DNA from: Leptonemataceae bacterium | Lineage (GTDB): Bacteria > Spirochaetota > Leptospiria > Leptospirales > Leptonemataceae | Reading direction: 5' to 3' | Assembly: GCA_965227295.1 (NCBI GenBank) | Contig: OZ245742.1 | Location: 4,640,206 to 4,704,205, forward strand | Length of the DNA stretch: 64,000 bases | Shown here: positions 17,717-27,141 of the stretch, in pieces | How the letters are laid out: each line of letters begins with the position of its first letter | Numbering within the stretch: the stretch's first letter is position 1 | Made by a program: the position numbers and the translations under genes | Notes under the pieces: model-generated | What the model was told of the DNA's origin: nothing | Database searches by the model: none | The model's input: the letters and a program-made list of their open reading frames with translations, nothing else

Positions 17717-18712
17717 TCAGCGAGCGCGCAGGCGGCTGCGGAACTCCTCGTAGAACTGTACGAAGTGTGATGCGATGAAAATCGAAGAGTACGTGCCCAC
17801 GGCAATTCCGAAGATGATGACATAGGCGAAGTCGTAGAGCGAGTCGGCGCCGCCGAAGACGATGGCCAGCAACGACAGCAACGTCAGCAACGACGTGATA
17901 GTCGTCCGCGACAGAGTCTGCGTGATGGCGAGGTCCACCGTCGCGCCGATGGTTGCCTGCTGACGATCGCTTACGTTCTCACGAATGCGGTCGAAGATCA
18001 CGATGGTGTCGTTGATGGAATAACCGAGGACCGTCAGCACGGCGGCGAGTACCGGAATACTCGGCTCGATCTGGAAGGCACCGATAAACGCCAGGGTCAT
18101 GAGTAAATCGTGGACGAGCGCCAGGGAAGCCCCCACGGCGAACGGGAAATCGAAGCGAAACGTAAGATATAAACCGATCACGATGATGGTGTATACCAGC
18201 GTACGCATGGCGAGGCCGAAGAGATCCGAGCCGTAGCTCGCGGCGAGGGCTTCCTGGGAAACGACGCGATCCTCCTGGATACCCAACTCGGGCAACAGGC
18301 GATCCTTGATGCGTTCCCCCACCGTGGGTTCGCGGCGTAACTCGTCCGGAAGTTCATTTAAGGATTTTCCCGAATCCTGCCATGCCTGGATCTTCGCACG
18401 ACGCTCCGCCGAGGCTTGTTCGATTTCCGCGCGAATCTTTTCGCGTACGTCCGGACCCAATTCCAGGTCGTACTTATTCGAGAGGACGTCGGTCTGGCGG
18501 ACCTGCGGGTCATCCAGGCCGGCACGTTTCGCGGCCTCCGTCAGCTCCGTCTGGCCCATACCCGGCGGGAGCAGCAACGACAGGCGAATGCCGCCGTTAA
18601 ACGTAACCGAACGGGCGAAGCCGCCGTGCACTCCGTAAGTAACGCCGAAGAGCGCAATGAAAGCGATCACCGAAAGGCTCAGGAAAAGGATTCTGTACTT
18701 CGAAAAACTCAT
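17717..18712 (-). CDS. secF: Protein translocase subunit SecF
   Basis: SecD/F transmembrane core (GYSINDTIVIFDRIREN). It lies directly downstream of secD. Confidence 0.9.
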   Translation of the reverse strand: MSFSKYRILFLSLSVIAFIALFGVTYGVHGGFARSVTFNGGIRLSLLLPPGMGQTELTEAAKRAGLDDPQVRQTDVLSNKYDLELGPDVREKIRAEIEQASAERRAKIQAWQDSGKSLNELPDELRREPTVGERIKDRLLPELGIQEDRVVSQEALAASYGSDLFGLAMRTLVYTIIVIGLYLTFRFDFPFAVGASLALVHDLLMTLAFIGAFQIEPSIPVLAAVLTVLGYSINDTIVIFDRIRENVSDRQQATIGATVDLAITQTLSRTTITSLLTLLSLLAIVFGGADSLYDFAYVIIFGIAVGTYSSIFIASHFVQFYEEFRSRLRAR

Positions 18713-18733
18713 AAATGTTTCAGCCGGCGCGGG

Positions 18734-20656
18734 TTACTCTTTCAGGCCCCACGCAATGGACATGCTCTTGTAGCGGAAGATGTACTGGGACCAATCCAAA
18801 AGCAGCTTCGAAACCACCAGCGCGGTGAACATCGAAGAGACGAGACCGAAGAACAGGACGATGGCGAAGCCCATGATCGGCCCGTCTTTCGGCAGGTAGA
18901 GAATGACCGCGGCAATGAGCGTCGTTACGTTCGCGTCGAGGATGGTCCAGAACGAGGCGTTGAAGCCGTTCTCAATGGCCACCGAAGCCGACTTCCCGGC
19001 GCGCAGGTCCTCTTTGATCTTCTCGAAGATGATAACGTTCGCGTCGACGGCCATACCGACGGTGAGGATGGCTCCGGCGAAACCCGGAAGCGTCAGCGTG
19101 AATTCCATGAGACTCATGATGGCGGCCATGATCAAGAGGTTCAGGAACAGTGCGACCACGGCGACCAGCCCCGACGTACGATAGTAGCCCACCATGAACG
19201 CATTGATCACAATGAAGCCGAGCACGATCGAGATAACGCCCGCGATGATGGACTCCTGGCCCAGGCTCGGTCCTACAAACGAAACCGAGAGTACTTCCAG
19301 CGGCATGGGCAGTGCGCCCTCGCGAATGACCCCGGCAATCTCGGTGGCCTGGGCTTCATCGAACTGGCCGGTAATCTGGCCGTGGCCGCCGTAGATGGGT
19401 TCGTTGATGTTCGGATCGGAGACGACGCGATCGCCCCAGAGGATGGCCAGGCGACGATCGACGTTGCGTTCGGTGACGTCACCGAAGAGCTTCGAACCGG
19501 TGTCCGTCAACGTAAAGGTAATCATATACCAGGCGCTGCCCGGATTCACCGAAGCCGCGGCGGACTTCATGTCCCCGCCGTCGAGTTCCGGCGGCCCGAG
19601 GACCAGCAGATCCCGCGGCAACAGCGGCGAGGCCGGGTTGTTGTTCGCGCGACGCCAGTAGAGAAAGATACGTCCCTCTTCCGGTTTCAGGTTTGCCCGT
19701 TCTTCCATGCGGGCGATGATCTCATTCACTTCGAACTCGTCGACCTTGCCCTCGCGATACAACTGCATGATGGTACGGAGGTCATCGATGTTTTCGGGAA
19801 TATCGCGTACGCGTTGGGTCGGACCGTCCTGCACGATGCGATACTCCACCGTAACGACGTCCTGAATGCGGGCGAGTACCTCGCCGGAGTTTGCCACACC
19901 GGGCATGTCTACGGAGATGCTGTAACTTTCCGGCTGCGCCCGCACCTCCGGTTCGGTGAGGCCCTGAGCGGCCAGGCGTTTGTCGATGATGGACTTCGCT
20001 TCGTCCAGAAGTTGCTGTTTGCGAAACTCGGTAAGATTCAGTTCGTCATTCACGGCGTCGAGGCGCTGTTCGAGATCGCTGCGTTCCGTGGCCGGCAGAT
20101 CGGCCCGGCCCAGTTGTTCGTTCAGGCGAACCACCTCGCCCTGGTACTTTTCCCGGAGGCGCGCCTGGTACGAATCGAAGTCCGCGCGAAAGATGGCGCG
20201 CATGCCGCCCTGAAGGTCCAGGCCGAGTTTGATCTTGAGGCGCTTGAAGTCACCTTCGGTAAGAAAGCTGAAGAAATTCTCGATAGGATGCGGCGCCACG
20301 CCGGAATCGTATTCGTCGATGAGACCGGGAAAGGCCTGCATGAGTTCGTTAACCCGGGCCGTAGTAATGAAACGCGCGTTCAGCACGCAGCGGTACTCTT
20401 TCGGGACGTCGCCGGCGGCCTCGGGCTTGCACGGTGAATCCGGAAAGAAGAGGCGCAGCCCGTTCTCCCGGTCTCGAATGAAATCCGCAATACGCTCCGG
20501 TGAAACCTGCACGCGCTGCCCGTCTTCGGTGCGCACGGTTTCGTGAAAGACCAGAACGAGTTTCTGCTTGAGAAAGTTCGGCGCCGCCAGGAGGGCGCAC
20601 GTAAGAACAACGACGCCTACGAGAACGGATCGGCCAATGAGATTGTTGAGGTCCAT
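18734..20656 (-). CDS. secD: Protein translocase subunit SecD
   Basis: LGLDLQGGMRAIF periplasmic domain motif. C-terminal membrane core: GFAGAILTVGMAVDANVIIFEKIKEDL. Confidence 0.92.
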   Translation of the reverse strand: MDLNNLIGRSVLVGVVVLTCALLAAPNFLKQKLVLVFHETVRTEDGQRVQVSPERIADFIRDRENGLRLFFPDSPCKPEAAGDVPKEYRCVLNARFITTARVNELMQAFPGLIDEYDSGVAPHPIENFFSFLTEGDFKRLKIKLGLDLQGGMRAIFRADFDSYQARLREKYQGEVVRLNEQLGRADLPATERSDLEQRLDAVNDELNLTEFRKQQLLDEAKSIIDKRLAAQGLTEPEVRAQPESYSISVDMPGVANSGEVLARIQDVVTVEYRIVQDGPTQRVRDIPENIDDLRTIMQLYREGKVDEFEVNEIIARMEERANLKPEEGRIFLYWRRANNNPASPLLPRDLLVLGPPELDGGDMKSAAASVNPGSAWYMITFTLTDTGSKLFGDVTERNVDRRLAILWGDRVVSDPNINEPIYGGHGQITGQFDEAQATEIAGVIREGALPMPLEVLSVSFVGPSLGQESIIAGVISIVLGFIVINAFMVGYYRTSGLVAVVALFLNLLIMAAIMSLMEFTLTLPGFAGAILTVGMAVDANVIIFEKIKEDLRAGKSASVAIENGFNASFWTILDANVTTLIAAVILYLPKDGPIMGFAIVLFFGLVSSMFTALVVSKLLLDWSQYIFRYKSMSIAWGLKE

Positions 20657-20693
20657 AATATTCAGTGAATCAAAGTTAAGCTGTTCCCGCGAT

Positions 20694-21464
20694 TCAGAAG
20701 TATCCCTTGCGGCTGCCTCCGGTACGCAGGCGATAAACCACGAAGATGACGATCAGCAGAATTACGATGAGTCCGTTGCGCACCGTCGGATCCCGGCTGA
20801 TGCTGTCATAGAGATCACCGAACCAGGATGAACCGTCGTCGGCACTGCCATTGTCCGCGGTCTCGCGTTCCGGCGGCGGCTCCGGATCTTCGTCGGCCGC
20901 GTCCAGGTGCGGGTAGGACGGGGCCGTCGGTTCCAGGCTTTCGTACTCCGGCAATACCCGACGATCGAAAGAAGGCAGGGCGTCGATCATGGCCTCGGCC
21001 GGATCGGTGGCCGGAACCGGAGCGGCCGGTCCCCCGGGTGCGCCGGCGGGGGGATCTTCGGTATTGCGCGGTGTTTCGGTTTGTTGCGGGGCGGGAGCCG
21101 GATCGCGGCGCACGGGTTCCCGGGCCGGTTCCGAACGGGGTTGTTCGGTGCGGCGTTCCGGCTGCTTCTTAACGGCAGGCTCCGGTTTCTCCTGCGTTTC
21201 CTTTTTTACCGCCGGTTCCGAAACGGGCTCTTTGCCGGAATCCTCCGGAGCAGCGGCCGGCTCCGCGGTTTTCTCGGGCGATGCCGGCTCCGACTGTTTC
21301 GGAGCGGGTTCTTCGGCCGGAGCCGGGTCGGGCTCTGCATCCTGCGCCGCGGCCGGCACGAAACAGAAGAGAAAGACGGCCAGCGAAACGGCCGCGCGCG
21401 GCCATCTCCAGGTCCGTGTAACGTACCGCGCATGCACGCGGCGTGACTGTACGCAAACTTGCAT
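20694..21464 (-). CDS. Pro/Glu-rich hypothetical protein with N-terminal signal-like segment and C-terminal membrane anchor
   Basis: AVSLAVFLFCFVPAAAQD, then about 150 aa of PAPxEP-type low complexity, then the C-terminal helix GLIVILLIVIFVVY. The start is uncertain. Confidence 0.5.
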   Translation of the reverse strand: MQVCVQSRRVHARYVTRTWRWPRAAVSLAVFLFCFVPAAAQDAEPDPAPAEEPAPKQSEPASPEKTAEPAAAPEDSGKEPVSEPAVKKETQEKPEPAVKKQPERRTEQPRSEPAREPVRRDPAPAPQQTETPRNTEDPPAGAPGGPAAPVPATDPAEAMIDALPSFDRRVLPEYESLEPTAPSYPHLDAADEDPEPPPERETADNGSADDGSSWFGDLYDSISRDPTVRNGLIVILLIVIFVVYRLRTGGSRKGYF

Positions 21465-21474
21465 AAACGCCGGG

Positions 21475-21870
21475 TTACTTCTTCACCGATTTTTCGCGGA
21501 TGCTGCTGATGGCGGACTTCAGGAATTCGACGCGGGTGTTGTCGCCGATATTCAGGACGACGATGTCGTCTTTGACGTTGGCAATGCTGCCGATGATGCC
21601 GCTGCTCGTGACGACCTGGTCGCCCTTCTTCATGAGCGAAAGCATTTCCTTCTTACGCTTCTCTTCCTGGCGCTGCGGGCGCATGATGAAGAAGTACATG
21701 AAAACAAAGACGCCGGCGAACATCAGCAGGATGCTCCAGTCAAACGGCGGGGATGATGGTGCCGGTCCGGAGCCGCCCGCCGGTTCCGACGGGGGCGCAG
21801 CGCCTTCGATTGCCTGCGGTGCGGCGCCTTCACCTGCGGACTGCTGCGCCAGATACTCAAGCCAGTTCAT
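21475..21870 (-). CDS. yajC: Preprotein translocase subunit YajC
   Basis: The YajC core FFIMRPQRQEEKRKKEMLSLMKKGDQVVTSSGIIGSI ... follows a single TM helix. Confidence 0.85.
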   Translation of the reverse strand: MNWLEYLAQQSAGEGAAPQAIEGAAPPSEPAGGSGPAPSSPPFDWSILLMFAGVFVFMYFFIMRPQRQEEKRKKEMLSLMKKGDQVVTSSGIIGSIANVKDDIVVLNIGDNTRVEFLKSAISSIREKSVKK

Positions 21871-21924
21871 GATTGCATCACTGTGGAGCGCGGCGCGGGT
21901 GTCCAGTAGAATAGCTTCTGAGCA

Positions 21925-22929
21925 TCAACGCGCCCATTTCTTGAGTAATTCCAGCGCCTGCCCGGATCGCAGCGCATCCAGGCACAGTGCCGCGGAGGAT
22001 TTCAGGTCTCCGCCCTTCGTCAGGGAGTAGACCAGGCCGGCGTTCATGGCGATGGTCTGATTTTCCGCGGGTTGGCCGGCGCCTTCCAGAATCAACTGGC
22101 TGCGTTTCAGGGCCTCTTCACGACTCACGGTGCGAAGCTCATCCAGGGAAACCGGCGAGAAACCGAAGTCCTCGGGCTGCATCTTGCCCTGCTCCCGGAC
22201 CTCTCCGGCTTCGATGCGAATGAAGTGCGTCGGTGCGGCCGGGGAGAGCTCATCCAGGCCGTCCTCGCTGTGCAGGACGTAGGCGCCTTTACGGCCCAGC
22301 AGGGCGACCGCCGCGGCCATGCGTTCCATAAACTCCTGCGAAAACACGCCGATGACCTGGTGTGTGATCGGAGCGGGATTGGTCAGCGGGCCGAGCAGAT
22401 TGAAAACCGTGCGAAAGCCGAGGGCCTTGCGCACCGGCGCCGCGTATTTCATGGCCGGATGCCACATGGGGGCGAAGAGAAACGTAATGCCCGCGCGCTC
22501 CAGTTCGTTGGCCGTTTCTTCGTGCGTGAGATTCAGGCGCACGCCCAGGCCTTCGAGCAAATCGGCCGAGCCGCTCTTGCTGGACACGGCGCGGTTGCCG
22601 TGCTTGGCCACGGGGATTCCCAACGACGCGAGCAGCATGGCGGTCAGCGTGGAAATGTTCAGCGTACTCGCCCCGTCACCGCCGGTGCCGCAGGTATCGG
22701 CCAGGATTTCGGGAGAACCTCCGGGCCAGGATACAGCGGCCTTACGCATGGCCCGGGCAAAGGCCTCGATCTCGGTGCCGGTCTCGCCCTTGAGTGCCAG
22801 GGCGGTGAGCAGGCCGGCGGTGCGGGCCTCTCCGGCCTCCCCGGTCATTACGGCGGTCATGGCATGGGTGGCCTCATCGCTCGTAAGATCTTCATTGGCC
22901 ATCAGCTTCTTGAGTATCTCGGCAAACAT
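21925..22929 (-). CDS. trpD: Anthranilate phosphoribosyltransferase
   Basis: DTCGTGGDGASTLNIST and VAKHGNRAVSSKSGSADLLE motifs. The start is taken at MFAEILKKL (22929), because the 51-codon extension in the track overlaps pgsA. Confidence 0.85.
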   Translation of the reverse strand: MFAEILKKLMANEDLTSDEATHAMTAVMTGEAGEARTAGLLTALALKGETGTEIEAFARAMRKAAVSWPGGSPEILADTCGTGGDGASTLNISTLTAMLLASLGIPVAKHGNRAVSSKSGSADLLEGLGVRLNLTHEETANELERAGITFLFAPMWHPAMKYAAPVRKALGFRTVFNLLGPLTNPAPITHQVIGVFSQEFMERMAAAVALLGRKGAYVLHSEDGLDELSPAAPTHFIRIEAGEVREQGKMQPEDFGFSPVSLDELRTVSREEALKRSQLILEGAGQPAENQTIAMNAGLVYSLTKGGDLKSSAALCLDALRSGQALELLKKWAR

Positions 22930-22942
22930 AGAATCCTCCGGT

Positions 22943-23692
22943 TCAGGCCCGGTCCTCCGGGTGACGGATGTACGGGGGCAACAGCAGGCGATAGTTCGTA
23001 ACGAGATAGCGCAGCCCCGAAATGACGGTGATGATCGTGGTGAATAACATGAGATAGTACGGCCCGAAGCTCGCCAGGTCAAAGGTGATGCTATCGCTGC
23101 CCTCGCTGAAGAATCGCAGCATGGAATCGGTGGCGACGACGAAGGCGCCCTGCCCGCCCTCTTCGAAGGACGTACGATACATCTCGTTGATGGTATCGCG
23201 TTCGCGGTGGGAGATCGCGAGAAACGAGATGAGAATCATGGTGATGCAGAACATCTGGAAGGCCGTTTTGACTTTGCCGAAGACGGACGTCCGCAGGCTG
23301 GCGCCCTGATGAATGGCGAGCCAGCGCAACGCGGTAATGAGCATGTCCCGACCGATGATGATGCCCACCATCCAGAGCTGCACCTGCTCCGAAAGAAAAA
23401 TGAACGTTAAGAAGGCCGCGACGACGAGGGCCTTGTCGGCCAGGGGATCCATGAACTTGCCCAGTTCACTTTCCTGTTTGAAGCGCCGGGCAATGTAGCC
23501 GTCCACCAGGTCCGTTATCGAAGCCAGAGCAAAGAGCGTAAACGCAATGAGGCGACTGGTGAAATCCTTCTGGAGCAACAGGAAGATGAACACGGGAATC
23601 GAGATCAATCGAAGGATGGTCAGGATATTCGGGATCGTCCAGATGGTTTCGTTCTTCCCTTTCGGGTCTGGATCTTCTTGCGCTACGGTCAA
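22943..23692 (-). CDS. pgsA: CDP-alcohol phosphatidyltransferase (PgsA-like)
   Basis: Signature D-G-x2-A-R-x8-G-x3-D-x3-D appears as DLVDGYIARRFKQESELGKFMDPLADK. The proposed TTG start at 23692 overlaps the rimO stop (TTGA); the start is uncertain. Confidence 0.8.
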   Translation of the reverse strand: MTVAQEDPDPKGKNETIWTIPNILTILRLISIPVFIFLLLQKDFTSRLIAFTLFALASITDLVDGYIARRFKQESELGKFMDPLADKALVVAAFLTFIFLSEQVQLWMVGIIIGRDMLITALRWLAIHQGASLRTSVFGKVKTAFQMFCITMILISFLAISHRERDTINEMYRTSFEEGGQGAFVVATDSMLRFFSEGSDSITFDLASFGPYYLMLFTTIITVISGLRYLVTNYRLLLPPYIRHPEDRA

Positions 23693-25071
23693 ACGTGTAC
23701 CCTCTCGCCTGCAATGCGGCCGGTCATATCGTACTCGTAAAAACCGGTTATCTCCACGTCCAGAAGTTCGCCCGGCCGAACTTCGGAAATTCCCGCATCC
23801 GCGCGCTCCACGAAAACGACCTCGTCCACTTCCGGCGCGTCCTGGGGTCGGCGCAGAATCCAGTTCACACCGTCCGCGCCGTCGACCAGACATCGGTAGC
23901 GCTGGCCACGACGGCTGACGTGCAAATCCTTTAAAACGTCCAGGTGTTCCTGGCGAACCGCGTTCACCCGGTCGGCCTTATCTGCAGCGGACACCGGATC
24001 TCCCAGGTCGAAACCGGGCGTGCCCTCTTCCTGGCTGTACGCAAAGAGCGCGAGCTTCTCCGGCCGCACCCGATGTATGAAATCGATCAGTGCATCCACA
24101 TCCTCCTGAACTTCGCCAGGAAATCCCAGCAGGAACGACGTGCGAATCTCCAGGTCCGGAAACAGTTCCCGGGCCAGGCCGAACAAATCGGCGAAGCGAT
24201 CCGCATCGCCGTAACGCCGCATCGCGCGGAGTACTTTTGAAGATACGTGCTGCACCGGGCTTTCGAGGTACGGCACGATGCGTCCGCCGGCGGCGAGACC
24301 CAGGCCGCGCTCGTGAATGCCTCGCAAGATTTGTGCGGTCCGTGGATCCGGGTAGAGATACAACAAACGAATCCAGGCGAGGGAAGCATAGTCCGCGCCG
24401 TGCAGATCTTCCAGTAAATCCAGCAACACGTCGACCTTGCCGCCGTAACGATTGGTGTCCTGGCTTACCAGGCAGAGTTCGCGCACGCCCTCATGCTGCA
24501 CAAGCTGCCGGCATTCGTCGAGGATGCTTTCCCGCGGGTTGTCCTGAAAGGCGCCGCGAAAATTCGGAATGGCGCAGAAGGCGCAGCCGCGATCGCAGCC
24601 GTCGGAAATTTTGACGGCAGCATACGTACCGGAACGGCCGCCCTCCTCGTGAGCCGCGGCGATCAGTTCTCCGGCTCCCGGGGCGCTGTCGCCGCGCAAC
24701 TCCGCCGGGGCCCCGAAACGATCACTCAGAATCTCACCGGCGCGGTGATACATGCCCGTGCCGAAACTCAGATCCACTTCCGGCAGTTCGTCACGCACGG
24801 CCGTGGCGTAGCGTTCACTGAAACATCCTGCCAGGATGAGTTTCTGATCGGCGCGCTCGCGTTTGAGATCGGCGGCGTCGAGAACCGTGCGGATGGTCTC
24901 CTCCCGCGCGGACTCGATGAACGAGCAACTGTTGATGAGATGATAATCGCACTCTTCCGAAGAGCGGGCGCGCACGAAGCCGCGGCGCACGAGACTGCGC
25001 TCCATTTCCCGGGAGTCCGCCTGGTTCTTGGGACAACCGAGCGTCGTAATGTAAAACGAAGCGTTCGGCAT
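23689..25071 (-). CDS. rimO: Ribosomal protein S12 methylthiotransferase RimO
   Basis: N-terminal LGCPKNQADSE (RimO-type UPF0004 motif), radical-SAM CDRGCAFC, and a C-terminal TRAM-like domain. Confidence 0.85.
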   Translation of the reverse strand: MPNASFYITTLGCPKNQADSREMERSLVRRGFVRARSSEECDYHLINSCSFIESAREETIRTVLDAADLKRERADQKLILAGCFSERYATAVRDELPEVDLSFGTGMYHRAGEILSDRFGAPAELRGDSAPGAGELIAAAHEEGGRSGTYAAVKISDGCDRGCAFCAIPNFRGAFQDNPRESILDECRQLVQHEGVRELCLVSQDTNRYGGKVDVLLDLLEDLHGADYASLAWIRLLYLYPDPRTAQILRGIHERGLGLAAGGRIVPYLESPVQHVSSKVLRAMRRYGDADRFADLFGLARELFPDLEIRTSFLLGFPGEVQEDVDALIDFIHRVRPEKLALFAYSQEEGTPGFDLGDPVSAADKADRVNAVRQEHLDVLKDLHVSRRGQRYRCLVDGADGVNWILRRPQDAPEVDEVVFVERADAGISEVRPGELLDVEITGFYEYDMTGRIAGERVHV

Positions 25072-25102
25072 GATGCAAAGAGCGCGAGCGCGCGGGTATC
25101 GT

Positions 25103-26233
25103 TTAGCGCGCGACCTGGATCGATTCCTGAATGACGAAGCGACTCGGATCCAGGGGATCCGGGACGCGGCGGTACTCGATGTTTACGATCTTGCTGGGCG
25201 GACCGGCCACACGCGGCTGCGCCCCTTCGCGATAGATGCGTACTCCGCCGCCGTTGCCGAGGCGAATCTCCAGGCGGTTCTCGGCTTCCAGGCTGCGGCT
25301 CTCTCCGGCGGGGACGTTGCGCGGACGATGGGACGTGCCGTCGGTCACCCAGGCCAGGTACGAATCACTGATGAACTGCAGGCGCACCTGAATCTCACCG
25401 GCGGTGCGCGGCGGATCCACCTCGGGATTCACGGCGACTTCGACACCGGCCGTTTCCAGGGCCACACGCGCGGAGTTCTCGCTGATGACGACGGGCGTGA
25501 TGTAGATCTCGCGTTGCAAACCCTCGAAACCGCGGATGTCGGAGGACAGCGTGGCCTGCTCGCCTTCACTCACGCTCAGCTCGTAGTTCGTTTCGTCGTT
25601 GATGCGCACGTGAAAAACGCCGCGCGGCGCTTCCTCGGGATTCCGTACGATGCGTGCCAGGCAGAACTTGAGGCTCATGCTGTCCGCGTTGAAACGCAAC
25701 GCTTTGAAGGTGTTCAGGTCCTCGCGCCTGGGCTCGGTGCCGGCCTGGGGCAGCGTCGTGGAAACGATTTCTCGATCGTCGCAGTAGGCGTCCGCGGTGC
25801 TCGCCGTCGAGCCGCTGCTGAACGACGGCAGGGACAACGTGCCGGAAACGAACAGCGCCACGATGCCCGCGATGATGGCGATGCCCGCAATGCCGGCGAG
25901 CAGCGCCGGGGGAATCTCCGGCAAACGAAAGCTCATGCTCCCCATGGAAGACGTGGGTTTGGTAAGTTCTTTCAGCGGCGCCTCGGAGAGATCGATCTGG
26001 TGGCCGCGGTACAGACTCAGCAGATGATCGGTGTCGAGGTTCAGGTACTCGGAGTAGCTGCGCAGAAATCCCAGCAGATACGTCTCGCCGGGGAACTGGG
26101 CGTAGTCCTCGTTTTCGAGGGCATCGATGTACTTCGGCGTGATGTTTGTTTCTCGCGCCACTTCTTTGACGGAAAGTTTGCGTTCTTCCCGCGCTTCTTT
26201 CAGGATCGTTCCAACTCGTTTCGAAAGCACCAT
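25103..26233 (-). CDS. rodZ: RodZ-like cytoskeleton protein (XRE HTH, TM segment, DUF4115-like C-terminus)
   Basis: N-terminal HTH: [59 protein letters not shown] central TM helix is present. Confidence 0.75.
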   Translation of the reverse strand: MVLSKRVGTILKEAREERKLSVKEVARETNITPKYIDALENEDYAQFPGETYLLGFLRSYSEYLNLDTDHLLSLYRGHQIDLSEAPLKELTKPTSSMGSMSFRLPEIPPALLAGIAGIAIIAGIVALFVSGTLSLPSFSSGSTASTADAYCDDREIVSTTLPQAGTEPRREDLNTFKALRFNADSMSLKFCLARIVRNPEEAPRGVFHVRINDETNYELSVSEGEQATLSSDIRGFEGLQREIYITPVVISENSARVALETAGVEVAVNPEVDPPRTAGEIQVRLQFISDSYLAWVTDGTSHRPRNVPAGESRSLEAENRLEIRLGNGGGVRIYREGAQPRVAGPPSKIVNIEYRRVPDPLDPSRFVIQESIQVAR

Positions 26234-26261
26234 AAATTCGTATCGATGATCGCGGCGGCGA

Positions 26262-27032
26262 TCAGTCCTCTTTCACCAGGGGATTCAGTACGACGCGTAC
26301 TCCGTCGTCCGGCTGGTACTGGAAGAGTTTGCCTTCGAGCTTGCGTTGCGTATTCATATCTGAAAAAGTAATCGTAGTTTCTTTGCCGTAGCCGTCCGCG
26401 GCTTCCGCGCGTTTCACAAGATAGCTTTCCGCGTCGACGAAGAGTTTAATGCGTTCGTAGCCGCCGATCTTTTCCCGTTGTTCCATGTCGAGGATGAAGA
26501 ACCGACCGCCGTTCACGTCGCGCGGTTGCTCGGGGGTATCGAAGCTGTAATGGTACTTGCGGAACAGGCGCTTGAGCCCGCTCTGGGGATCCGCCGTAAA
26601 GATGTCCCGGCCGCTCGCGTTTTGTTTCTTGAGTGTGAGTTCCTGTTTGCCCACGGCGTTCAGCCGGCGAATGTAAAACCACATGATGCGTCCGTCGGAG
26701 ACGATGAGGTTGCCCGCCGGCCGGGAGAACTCGTACCGAATTTTGCCGGGTTTCTGGTAGTAGACCCGTCCGCTGAGGCTCTTCGAGCGGCTGCCCTCGC
26801 GGGTGGTCATGTCAAAACTCGCCGTGAAGTGATCCAGGTCTTCGAAGGTTTTCTGGACCTTGCGGGCCACCTCCGCGTGAGAGTACCAGGCGCGATCACC
26901 CGCGCCGTCCTGGGCCGGGCCGCCTTGCTCGTCTTGAGCGGGGGCCGGCGCAACCCAGAACAGGGCGGCCGCGAATACCACGAGGCCGATCCGGCCGGCC
27001 CCGACCGCTGGAAATGTGTGCATGAAGTTCAT
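26262..27032 (-). CDS. lolA: LolA-like outer-membrane lipoprotein carrier protein
   Basis: Signal peptide, FTASFDM ... [15 protein letters not shown] ... [13 protein letters not shown] pattern, and the usual position next to ftsK. Confidence 0.65.
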   Translation of the reverse strand: MNFMHTFPAVGAGRIGLVVFAAALFWVAPAPAQDEQGGPAQDGAGDRAWYSHAEVARKVQKTFEDLDHFTASFDMTTREGSRSKSLSGRVYYQKPGKIRYEFSRPAGNLIVSDGRIMWFYIRRLNAVGKQELTLKKQNASGRDIFTADPQSGLKRLFRKYHYSFDTPEQPRDVNGGRFFILDMEQREKIGGYERIKLFVDAESYLVKRAEAADGYGKETTITFSDMNTQRKLEGKLFQYQPDDGVRVVLNPLVKED

Positions 27033-27141
27033 AGAATGTGATGCAGAACTGGTAGTATGAGACGAACGCGCGAGGAAAATCCGCGTTTATTCCGCTTTTA
27101 AGGGACGTAAGTCTGACAGGGCGCTGTCAAACTGGCCACCG

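Noticed and set aside
18416-20437. A 673-aa plus-strand ORF opposite secD. Similar long ORFs lie opposite other genes: 4604-5779 (cysE), 35445-36347 and 36363-37739 (infB), 32773-33942 (pnp), 25070-26371 (rodZ), 50788-51981 (LamG), 53899-55335 (O-antigen ligase), 58369-59502 and 60244-61338 (icmF).
   Set aside because: All are antisense to genes with unambiguous family motifs. All have the V/A/G/R/H/D-rich composition typical of shadow frames in GC-rich DNA, and no motif is recognisable in any of them.
22930-23082. N-terminal extensions given by the ORF track for trpD (to 23082), mutM (to 56978), nusA (to 39261), the LamG protein (from 50236), SSL paralog 1 (from 2034), the FmdB-like protein (to 46175) and hfq (to 12538).
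   Set aside because: In each case an internal start reproduces the canonical family N-terminus (for example MPELPEVE for Fpg, MPTYTYQC for the zinc ribbon). The extension also overlaps the neighbouring gene or has Arg/Cys/Pro-rich junk composition.
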